Origin: Gemmatimonadales bacterium
GTDB lineage: Bacteria > Gemmatimonadota > Gemmatimonadetes > Gemmatimonadales > JACORV01
Direction of reading: 5' to 3'
DNA length: 35,974 nucleotides
Assembly: GCA_035541085.1 (NCBI GenBank)
Contig: DATKNX010000076.1
Location: forward strand, 1 to 35,974
Shown: positions 18,156 through 27,418 of the stretch, in pieces
Layout: each line of letters opens with the position of its first letter
Position numbering within the stretch: position 1 is the first letter of the stretch
The notes under the pieces: generated by a model
Told to the model about the DNA's origin: nothing
Seen by the model: only the letters and a program-made list of their open reading frames with translations
Databases searched by the model: none
Translations under genes and position numbers: made by a program

Positions 18156-19498
18156 GCGCGCGCCCTCCGCCAGCGGCCGCTGCGCCACAGCAGGGCCATC
18201 GCGATCCCCCGGCCGGCGGCCGTCACGCTGATGGTCCACCAGATGCCGACGATGCCGAGCCCGCCGGAGAGCCAGGCCGCGAGCGGGATCCGCGAGGCGG
18301 TGAGCGAGCCGGACCACAGCATCGGCTCGATCGTGAAGCCGGCGCCGCCGAGCGATCCCTCGAGCACGATCTCCAGGGCCATCGTGATCTCCGCGAGCGC
18401 GATGATGCGCAGGTAGAGCGCGCCGGCCGCGATGACGCCCGGGTCCCGGCTGAACACGCCGACGAGCGCGGTGGGCACCACGAGGAACGCCAGCGCCACG
18501 AGCGCCGCCGCCGCGCACGCGTAGCGCGCGGAGAGCCAGCCGGCGGTCCGGGCGCGATCGGGGCGGCCCGCCCCCAGATTCTGGCCGACGATGGCCGCCG
18601 ACGCCAGGCCGAAACCCACCGCCACCTGGTAGGCGAGACCCTCGAGCTTGTGGCCCACGCCCAGCGCGGCGAGCGCCGCCGTTCCGAACCGCGTCGTGAT
18701 CCTCGTGAGACCGATGTAGACCAGGCTGAAGAAGACGCCGGTCGCCGCGGTGGGCGCGCCGATGCGCAGCACCGTCAGGGCCGCCCGCCAGTCGCGCACC
18801 GCGAAGCGCAGCAGCCGGCGCCGCACGAGCACGCTGAAGCCGAAGGCCAGCACCAGAGCCCGCGTGCCGACGGCCGCGACCGCCGCGCCCGCGATGCCCA
18901 TCTTCGGCGCGGGGCCGAGGCCGAGGATCAGGACCGGGTCCATCACCAGCGTCACGAGCACCGACGCCAGCAGCAGCGCCAGCGGCGTCCGCGTGTCGCC
19001 GGCCGCCCGGAAGGCGGCTTCCGCCGCGTAGAACCCGAGCACGAGCGGCGTGCCGATCAGGTAGGTCGAGAGCCACCGCCGGCCGAGCTCGGTGACTTCC
19101 GGCGGCGTCTGCATCACCGCGAACAGCGCCGGCAGCAGCGCCCACCCGAGCAAGCCGACCGCGACGCCGCCGAGCATCGCCGCGGCGAGCGTGGTGCCGG
19201 CCGCGACCGACGCGAGCCCGTGCGCCCCCTCGCCGTGCCGCCGCGCGGCGACCGCGGTGAGACCGACGCCGATCATCTCGCCTACCGCGAGCAGCATCCA
19301 CACCGCGAATCCCGCGGTGGAGATCGCGGCGAGGGCCGCCGGGCCCAGGGTGCGCCCGACCCAGAAGACGTCGATGAGGAGGAAGGCGAGCTGCAACAGC
19401 GCCGAGCCGACGGCCGGCAGGGCCACGCGCATGATGGCCCGCGGCAGCGGCCCCGAGACGAGGTCCGACTCCGGGCCACCCGCCACGGCCGCGCTCAC
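18152..19498 (-). CDS. MATE-family efflux transporter
   Basis: C-terminal 448 codons of track ORF 18152..20077. GTG 19498 overlaps the upstream stop (GTGA). It has about 12 hydrophobic helices and a typical MATE N-terminus (AIMRVALPAVGSALLQLAFLLIDVFWVGRLG-like). Confidence 0.85.
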   Translation of the reverse strand: MSAAVAGGPESDLVSGPLPRAIMRVALPAVGSALLQLAFLLIDVFWVGRTLGPAALAAISTAGFAVWMLLAVGEMIGVGLTAVAARRHGEGAHGLASVAAGTTLAAAMLGGVAVGLLGWALLPALFAVMQTPPEVTELGRRWLSTYLIGTPLVLGFYAAEAAFRAAGDTRTPLALLLASVLVTLVMDPVLILGLGPAPKMGIAGAAVAAVGTRALVLAFGFSVLVRRRLLRFAVRDWRAALTVLRIGAPTAATGVFFSLVYIGLTRITTRFGTAALAALGVGHKLEGLAYQVAVGFGLASAAIVGQNLGAGRPDRARTAGWLSARYACAAAALVALAFLVVPTALVGVFSRDPGVIAAGALYLRIIALAEITMALEIVLEGSLGGAGFTIEPMLWSGSLTASRIPLAAWLSGGLGIVGIWWTISVTAAGRGIAMALLWRSGRWRRARA

Positions 19499-20313
19499 GG
19501 CGTGCGGGCGGTCGCGTCCAGGAAGCGGCGGAAGACCGGGTTCTCCGGGAAGCGCGTCGCCAGGTCGCCGACGATCGCGCGCGCTTCCTCGCGGTGCGCG
19601 GGCACGGAGGCGCCCTCGCGGAGCAGCGCGTTGGCGTACACCCACTGCGCCTCGTAGCGCGTGGTGCCGCCCTCCTCGCTCACCCGCCGCAGCCACGCGA
19701 GCGCCCGCCCCGCGTCGCCGCCGCCCAGCCCCACGATCCGCGCCACGAGCCGCGCCAGCACGCCCGCGCGCGCCAGGGCGTAGTCGTAGACCGCGAGCCC
19801 GAGCCGGCAGTCCACGCAGCCCGAGTCCAGGGCCACCGCGCGGTTCAGCGCCGAGCGCATCCGCCGCGCGTCCCGCGCGGCGCGCCAGTAGTGCCCGTGC
19901 AGCTCCGCCTGCCGCGCGCGGTAGCCCAGCGCGGTGCCGAGCCAGAACAGCTGCGCCACGCGCGCCGAGTCGCTCGCGGCCGCGGCCGCCGCCCGCTCGG
20001 CCCGCCCCGTCGCGTCCCCGAGCAGCGCGTCGATGGAGTCCTCGGCGAAGCCGTCGTCCCCGCGCGCCGTGCCCCACCAGATCAGCGCGGAGGCCTCGAG
20101 CGCCGGCCCGACGGGGTCGAGGGGGTGGCGGTCGGCGAGCCGGGAGAAGAACAGCCGCGCGGCCTCGAACTGCCCGCTGTAGATGAGCAGCTGGCCCGAC
20201 GCGGTCTCCGACGCCGCCGCCCAGGCGCTCGAATCGGGCAGCGTGTCCTGCGGAGGGAGGCTCGCCCCCACCGCCGCGGAGAGCAGGGCCGCGAACAGAA
20301 CGGGAGGGCCTAC
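19495..20313 (-). CDS. hypothetical exported helical-repeat (TPR-like) protein; start codon unresolved
   Basis: C-terminal part of track ORF 19495..20562. A signal-like segment (RRLVGPPVLFAALLSAAVGAS) begins right at the mrp stop. No ATG/GTG/TTG is available there. The upper coordinate is the approximate N-terminus, not a verified start. Confidence 0.45.
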   Translation of the reverse strand, partial: VGPPVLFAALLSAAVGASLPPQDTLPDSSAWAAASETASGQLLIYSGQFEAARLFFSRLADRHPLDPVGPALEASALIWWGTARGDDGFAEDSIDALLGDATGRAERAAAAAASDSARVAQLFWLGTALGYRARQAELHGHYWRAARDARRMRSALNRAVALDSGCVDCRLGLAVYDYALARAGVLARLVARIVGLGGGDAGRALAWLRRVSEEGGTTRYEAQWVYANALLREGASVPAHREEARAIVGDLATRFPENPVFRRFLDATARTP

Positions 20314-21398
20314 GAGGCGACGATCGGCAGGCGCACCGCCGCCGCGGCGGCCCGCTCCACCACCTGCGCGGCGAGGCCCGCGAAGGCCCGGGCCGCGGGC
20401 GTGGCCGGCTCCGCCAGGATCACCGGCTGCCCGGACTCGCACAGCTCCTGGACGCGCTCCTGCAGCGGCACCTCGCCCAGGAGCGGGATGCCCAGCTCCT
20501 CGGCCAGCCGCCGGCCGCCGCCGGTGGCGAAGATGGCGGTCCGCTCGCCGCAGTGCGGGCACTGGAAGTACGACATGTTCTCCACGATCCCGAGCACCGG
20601 GACGCCCACCTTCTCGAACATCTTGGCGCCCCGCAGCGCGTCGCCCACCGCCACGTCCTGCGGCGTGGTGACGATGATCGCGCCGCCCACCTGCACCGAC
20701 TGCACGAGGCTGAGCTGCGCGTCGCCGGTGCCCGGCGGCATGTCCACGAACAGGAAGTCCAGCTGACCCCAGTCCACGTCGCCGAGGAACTGCTGGATGA
20801 TCTTGGTGACGATGGGACCGCGCCAGATGGCGGCCGCGTCGCGCTCCACGAGGTTGCCGAGCGAGATCAGCTTCACGCCGTGCGCGACGATCGGCTGGAT
20901 CTTGCCGCCCGCCACTTCCGGCCGCTCGTCCGCGACGCCGAACATGCGCGGGATGTTGGGGCCGTACACGTCGGCGTCCATCACGCCCACGCGCTTCCCC
21001 TCGGCGGCGAGGCCCGCCGCGAGGTTCACGGTGACCGTGGACTTGCCGACCCCGCCCTTGCCGCTCGAGACGGCGATCACGTGACCGAGATTGGGGAACG
21101 CGCGCGCGGTGGGCGGCGGCACCGGCTTCGGCGTGGTCTGCGGCTGCTGCTGCACGCCGCCCGCCACTTCCATCTTCACGCCGGCGACCCCGGGCACGGC
21201 CTGCGCCGCCATCCGCGCCTCGCGCACCAGCGTCGCGGGGTCCTCGCGATCCAGGGTGAAGGCGATGCGCACCCGGCCGTCGCCCTCGACCGCCAGCCCC
21301 CGCACCATCCCCGCGCTCACCACGTCCTGGCCGAGCCGCGGGTTCACCACCCGCCGCAGCGCGGCCTCCACCCGCTCCTTGAGATCGTCAGCCGCCAC
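20310..21398 (-). CDS. apbC: Mrp/ApbC/NBP35-family iron-sulfur cluster carrier ATPase
   Basis: Track ORF 20310..21398 with a GTG start. It has an N-terminal MIP18/DUF59-like domain, a deviant Walker A (SGKGGVGKST) and the CPHCG cluster-binding motif. Confidence 0.9.
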   Translation of the reverse strand: MAADDLKERVEAALRRVVNPRLGQDVVSAGMVRGLAVEGDGRVRIAFTLDREDPATLVREARMAAQAVPGVAGVKMEVAGGVQQQPQTTPKPVPPPTARAFPNLGHVIAVSSGKGGVGKSTVTVNLAAGLAAEGKRVGVMDADVYGPNIPRMFGVADERPEVAGGKIQPIVAHGVKLISLGNLVERDAAAIWRGPIVTKIIQQFLGDVDWGQLDFLFVDMPPGTGDAQLSLVQSVQVGGAIIVTTPQDVAVGDALRGAKMFEKVGVPVLGIVENMSYFQCPHCGERTAIFATGGGRRLAEELGIPLLGEVPLQERVQELCESGQPVILAEPATPAARAFAGLAAQVVERAAAAAVRLPIVAS

Positions 21399-21401
21399 GA
21401 G

Positions 21402-21635
21402 TCAGACCGCCTCCACGCACCGGACTTCCGGCACCGCCGTCCGGAGCCGTGCCTCGATCCCGTTCTTCAGCGTGGCCCGCGACATCGGGCAGCCGACGCA
21501 GTGCCCCATCAGGCGCAGCGTCACCAGGCCCTCGCCCTCGTCGAAGTCCACGAATTCCACGTCACCGCCGTCCATGCGAATCGCCGGACGCACCAGATCC
21601 AGCACTTCCTCGATCTTCTCCACCGTGGTCGCCAC
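21402..21635 (-). CDS. NifU-C-terminal-domain (Nfu-type) iron-sulfur scaffold/carrier protein
   Basis: Track ORF 21402..21635, with a GTG start preceded by AAGGAG. It has the CxxC motif GHCVGCPMS and is 77 aa long. Confidence 0.85.
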   Translation of the reverse strand: MATTVEKIEEVLDLVRPAIRMDGGDVEFVDFDEGEGLVTLRLMGHCVGCPMSRATLKNGIEARLRTAVPEVRCVEAV

Positions 21636-21647
21636 TGCCGCTCCTTA

Positions 21648-21668
21648 TTGCGACCACCGTGGTCGCAA
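21648..21668 (-). promoter_or_regulatory. perfect 9-bp stem / 3-nt loop hairpin between nrnA and nfu, immediately 5' of the nfu Shine-Dalgarno
   Basis: The minus strand reads TTGCGACCA-cgg-TGGTCGCAA followed by TAAGGAGcggcaGTG. Half of the palindrome is repeated inside nfu codons 2-5 (see findings). Confidence 0.45.
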
Positions 21669-21692
21669 ATTAGACAGCCCTTGGGAAGAGGG

Positions 21693-22730
21693 TCAACCAA
21701 CCTTCCCACTGGAGAGCAAGCGGCGTGCCGCCGCGAGGACCTCGCGCTGCACCTCGTCGAGCGTGCCGCCGATGGACGCGCCCGAGGCCTTGGCGTGGCC
21801 GCCGCCCCCGAACGGCTGGGCGAACGCGGCCACGTCCACGTCGCCCACGGACCGGAACGACACCTTGATCCTGCCGCTCGAGAGCGTGCGGAAGAGGAGC
21901 GCCATCCTCGTGCCGGCCACGGAGCGCGCGAGCTCGACGAGGCCGTCGAGGTCGTCCGCGCTGACGCCGTGCCGCTCGAGCGCGCCCGCCGGCACCGTCA
22001 ACCACGAGAGGCCGACGTCGGGCTCGACCACCAGCGTCTCGAGCACCTCCGCCGTGAGGCGCAGGCGGCCGACGGGCGCGGTCGCGTACACGCGCTCGTA
22101 GATGGACTCCGGGTCAACGCCGCACTCGAGCAGCGATGCCGCCACCCGCAGGGTGCGCGGCGACGTGTTGGCGAAGCGGAAGCCACCGGTGTCGGTCAGG
22201 AGCCCCACGTAGAGCGCGCGCGCCGCGTCGGGCGTGATCGTCCAGCCGGCCGTCGCGGCCAGGTCGTAGACCAGCTCGGCGGTCGCCGACGCGGTCGCGT
22301 CCACGAGGCGCGGTCCCTTGGGCAGCGTGCCGGGCGAGAGATGGTGGTCCACGCACGCCGTGAGGACGTCGCGCCCGTGGATCGTCTCGGCCAGCTGCCC
22401 GAGCCGGCCGAGGTCCGAGATGTCCAGGACGAGGAACAGGTCGGCGTCGCGCAGCGCGGCGACCGCGCGGTCGGTGCGGTCGCGCGCCTTCACCGGCTCG
22501 AGGAGGAAGGAGAAGCGGGCCGGGATGGGCGTGGGGTTCGCGATGTGCGCGTCCTTCCCCAGCGCCGCGAGGAGGTGGAGCAGCGCCACCTCGCTCCCGA
22601 CTCCGTCGCCGTCCGAGTTGACGTGGGTGGTCATCACGATGCGGCGGGCCGCGAGGAGCGCCGAGGCCACGGCGCGAGCGCCCTTCTTCCGCGACGCGGG
22701 GACGCTCTCCAGCTTCGGCTTCGGTTTCAT
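21693..22730 (-). CDS. nrnA: DHH/DHHA1 phosphoesterase (NrnA-type oligoribonuclease / pAp phosphatase)
   Basis: Track ORF 21693..22730. Motifs are HVNSDGDGVGS, VDHH and the DHHA1 motif GGGHAKASG. Confidence 0.85.
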   Translation of the reverse strand: MKPKPKLESVPASRKKGARAVASALLAARRIVMTTHVNSDGDGVGSEVALLHLLAALGKDAHIANPTPIPARFSFLLEPVKARDRTDRAVAALRDADLFLVLDISDLGRLGQLAETIHGRDVLTACVDHHLSPGTLPKGPRLVDATASATAELVYDLAATAGWTITPDAARALYVGLLTDTGGFRFANTSPRTLRVAASLLECGVDPESIYERVYATAPVGRLRLTAEVLETLVVEPDVGLSWLTVPAGALERHGVSADDLDGLVELARSVAGTRMALLFRTLSSGRIKVSFRSVGDVDVAAFAQPFGGGGHAKASGASIGGTLDEVQREVLAAARRLLSSGKVG

Positions 22731-22739
22731 GCGCGCTGC

Positions 22740-22768
22740 ACGCTACCGGGAAGCCGGGCGGCGGGCAA
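22740..22768 (-). promoter_or_regulatory. putative promoter for nrnA with near-leaderless geometry
   Basis: The minus strand reads TTGCCC (22768-22763), 17 nt, TAGCGT (22745-22740), 9 nt, then ATG 22730. No Shine-Dalgarno is visible. Confidence 0.3.
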
Positions 22769-22810
22769 GGGCGGCGGCGCGTGCTTTCGCGCGCCCAGGC
22801 GCCCTCCTGC

Positions 22811-22852
22811 GAACCGAAACGACGAACGGCCGGCTCCACCCGGAGCCGGCCG
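22811..22852 (-). terminator. intrinsic terminator downstream of the amino-acid permease gene
   Basis: The minus strand reads CGGCCGGCTCC-gggt-GGAGCCGGCCG, an 11-bp perfect GC stem at 22827-22852. It is followed by the T-rich stretch TTCGTCGTTTCGGTTC and lies 24 nt after the permease stop. Confidence 0.6.
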
Positions 22853-22875
22853 CCCTGTCGCCGCCGCGCGCGGCG

Positions 22876-24381
22876 CTATTTCGGCGCCGTGCCCGCCGCG
22901 ATTTCCTTCTGCAGGAGGCTGTGCCGCCGGCTGTACCCGAAGTAGATCGTGAAGCCGATCAGGAGCCACACGATGAGCCGGATCCACGTGTCCTCGGGCA
23001 GCGTGAGCATCAGGCCGAAGCAGCAGACGACGCCCATGATCGGCACGAACGGCACCCACGGCGTGCGGAACGGCCGGTCCAGGTCCGGGCGCGTGCGCCG
23101 CAGCACCAGCACGCCGATCGAGACGAGCACGAACGCCAGGAGGGTGCCGATGTTCACCAGCTGGCCGAGCAGCTCCAGCGGCAGCAGGCCGGTGGCGATC
23201 GCCACCGCGATGCCGGTGAAGATGGTCGAGAGGTACGGCGTCCGGAACCTGGGGTGCACCGACGCGGCCCACTTCCCCAGCAGGCCGTCGCGCGACATCG
23301 AGTAGAACACGCGCGACTGGCCCAGCAGCATCACCAGGATCACCGAGCCGAGGCCGAGCACGGCGCCCACGTCCACCAGGACGCGCAAGGCCTCGGGGGC
23401 GCCGATGCGCTGCATCGCCAGCGCCATCGGCGCGGCCACGTTGAGATCCTTGTACGGCACCATTCCCACCAGCACGGCCGACACGATCACGTACAGCAGC
23501 GTGCAGATCGCCAGCGAGCCGAGGATGCCGATGGGCATGTCGCGTTGCGGGTTCTTCGCCTCCTGCGCCGCGGTGGAGACCGCGTCGAAGCCGATGTAGG
23601 CGAAGAACACCAGGCCGGCGCCGCGCAGCACGCCCGACCAGCCGTAGGTCCCCCACTGGCCGGCGTTCGGCGCGATGAACGGCTTGATGTTGGCCGGGTG
23701 GAAGTGCGCGAGGCCGACGAAGAAGATCACCAGGACGATCGTGACCTTGAGGATCACGATGAAGTTGTTGACCGTCGCCGACTCCTTGATCCCGATCACG
23801 AGCACCGTGGACATGATCGCCACGATGAGGATGGCCGGCGCGTTGAACCACGCCCCGGTCGCGTTGAACCCGGCGTGCACGCACCCCGCGAGCCCCGACG
23901 CCACGTTCGCCGCCGTGCAGTACTGGGTGGGCGAGTTGGACATCCACGCCGGGAACGTGATGCCGAAGTCGTTCAGGAGGCTGACGAAGTGCCCCGACCA
24001 GCCCACGCCGACGGTGGCCGCGCCGGCCGCGTACTCCAGCACGAGGTCCCAGCCGATGATCCACGCCACCAGCTCGCCCATCGTCGCGTAGGAGTACGTG
24101 TAGGCGCTCCCCGCGACCGGCACCGCGCTGGCCATCTCGGCGTAGCACAGGCCCGCGAACGCGCAGGCGATGCCCACGATGACCATCGAGATCGGCACCG
24201 CGGGCCCCGCGTACAGCGCGGCCGCCTGGCCCGTCAGCACGAAGATCCCCGCGCCGATGATGGCCCCGATGCCGAGCGTGATGAGGTTGAGCGGACCGAG
24301 GGCACGCTTGAGCGAGCGCTCGCCCGCCCCGTCGGCCTCGGCGCGCAGGGCGCTGATGGACTTGGTGGCCCAGAGGTTCAT
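22876..24381 (-). CDS. APC-superfamily amino acid permease (cationic amino acid transporter-like)
   Basis: Track ORF 22876..24381, 501 aa with about 12-14 hydrophobic helices. The N-terminal motif is LITLGIGAIIGAGIFVLTG, typical of the amino acid/polyamine/organocation family. Confidence 0.9.
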   Translation of the reverse strand: MNLWATKSISALRAEADGAGERSLKRALGPLNLITLGIGAIIGAGIFVLTGQAAALYAGPAVPISMVIVGIACAFAGLCYAEMASAVPVAGSAYTYSYATMGELVAWIIGWDLVLEYAAGAATVGVGWSGHFVSLLNDFGITFPAWMSNSPTQYCTAANVASGLAGCVHAGFNATGAWFNAPAILIVAIMSTVLVIGIKESATVNNFIVILKVTIVLVIFFVGLAHFHPANIKPFIAPNAGQWGTYGWSGVLRGAGLVFFAYIGFDAVSTAAQEAKNPQRDMPIGILGSLAICTLLYVIVSAVLVGMVPYKDLNVAAPMALAMQRIGAPEALRVLVDVGAVLGLGSVILVMLLGQSRVFYSMSRDGLLGKWAASVHPRFRTPYLSTIFTGIAVAIATGLLPLELLGQLVNIGTLLAFVLVSIGVLVLRRTRPDLDRPFRTPWVPFVPIMGVVCCFGLMLTLPEDTWIRLIVWLLIGFTIYFGYSRRHSLLQKEIAAGTAPK

Positions 24382-24449
24382 CGGCCCGACCTTCTTGGCT
24401 GGAGAGAGGGGGTCCCGCGACGAGCGCCGGCCCCGGTTGGAAGCGCGCT

Positions 24450-24479
24450 AGACTACCGAAACGCGGCGGGCGGTGTCAA
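24450..24479 (-). promoter_or_regulatory. putative sigma-70-type promoter for the permease gene
   Basis: The minus strand reads TTGACA (24479-24474), 18 nt, then TAGTCT (24455-24450). This predicts a 5' UTR of roughly 60 nt with GAAGG near the ATG. Confidence 0.4.
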
Positions 24480-24520
24480 GCGCCCCCGCGGGCGGTGACC
24501 TCCCGTCAGGCCACCCGCCC

Positions 24521-26365
<1,845 letters not shown>

Positions 26366-26369
<4 letters not shown>

Positions 26370-27382
26370 GGCACGACGTCCACCAGCTCGAGGATCGGAT
26401 TGGCGAGGTAGGCACTGCGCCCGCTCTTGACCCGCGCCAGGATCGTGAGGCTGTCGAGCGGCTGCAGGCGCGAGACCTCCGCCAGCTTGTCGGGCGGCAC
26501 GATCACGTACACGAACGCGTACTCCGGCGCGGGCCCGCGGGCGAGGATGTACCGCTGGCCCGGCGTGAAGTCGGGCCTGAGCTCGTCGGCCGTCTGCAGC
26601 GCGATGAACTGGATCGTCCAGCGCAGCACCTTGCCGACCCACTCGTCGGGCGAGGCGCGCAGGTCCGCGGCCGTCACGCCGCTCACCGCCTGCCCGCCGG
26701 CCTGCGCGACGTCGCCGTCCTTCACCCATCCCGCCGCCTCGACCCGCGTCCAGCCGCCGGCGCGGGCGGTGATGCGGATCGGCGTGCCCGCCTCGAGCAC
26801 GCCCGTCGCCGGCGCCTCGGGGCCGCGGTAGAGCCGCGCCTGGCGCCGCAGCACGGCGCGGCGCGCGTCCACGCCCGTGTCGGGCGGTCCCGCCGGCGGG
26901 GCGGACGCCGTCGCCGCCGCGCCCTCGAGGCCGCCCGACGCGACCCAGCCGGCGCGCTTGACGTGGATCCAGCCGCCGCGCTGCTCGACGCGGTCGAGCA
27001 GGGCGCCCTTGACCAGCCGCGCCACCAGCCGGCCGTTCGGCACGACGCGCAGGTTCTCGTCGCGGCTCACCGCGAGGTCGTGGCCGTCCTGCGTCGTCGG
27101 CTTCACCGACGAGCGCACGATCCAGCCGTCGAGCAGCACCTGCGTGCTCGTGCCGCGCGTGCCCTGCACCGCCAGCGCGACGCCCGCCGCCAGCCGCCCC
27201 AGCGGCCGCCCACCCGGATCGTCCGTCACGCTCTCGCCGTCCCGCCGCACGGTCGCCTGCTGGGCCCGCGCGCGCGCCGCGAACGGGCATGCGAGGAGTC
27301 CGAGAAGCGCGAGGGAGAGGAGGGCCCGAGCGGCTGGTTGGGGGCGCCACGCGGGGGTAGATTGCGGCCTGCGGTTGGGCAC
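26366..27382 (-). CDS. secreted protein with three SH3b-like repeats and an unassigned C-terminal domain
   Basis: Track ORF 26366..27418. The TTG 27418 and ATG 27391 starts are disfavoured because a near-consensus promoter overlaps them; GTG 27382 is then the first start. The signal peptide is ARALLSLALLGLLACPFAARARA. Three repeats end in GW.xV...GWV-type motifs. Confidence 0.65.
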
Positions 27383-27389
27383 AAAAGTC

Positions 27390-27418
27390 ATTGTAGAACC
27401 TGGGAGTAGCGATGTCAA
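27390..27418 (-). promoter_or_regulatory. near-consensus sigma-70 promoter for the SH3b-repeat gene, overlapping the gpmI start codon
   Basis: The minus strand reads TTGACA (27418-27413), exactly 17 nt, TACAAT (27395-27390), 7 nt, then GTG 27382. The -35 is the reverse complement of gpmI codons 1-3 (aTGTCAAac). Confidence 0.6.

Noticed and set aside
17391-20077. 636-aa and 641-aa versions of the SAM hydrolase and MATE genes with long N-terminal extensions.
   Set aside because: The extensions are Arg/Gly-rich and overlap the upstream genes entirely. GTG starts at 18155 and 19498 sit exactly on GTGA stop overlaps and give family-typical lengths (254 and 448 aa).
24483-24520. Terminator hairpin after guaB (GGGCGGTG ... 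CACCCGCCC).
   Set aside because: The stem needs a bulge, the loop is about 14 nt and no U-tract follows. That is too weak to call.
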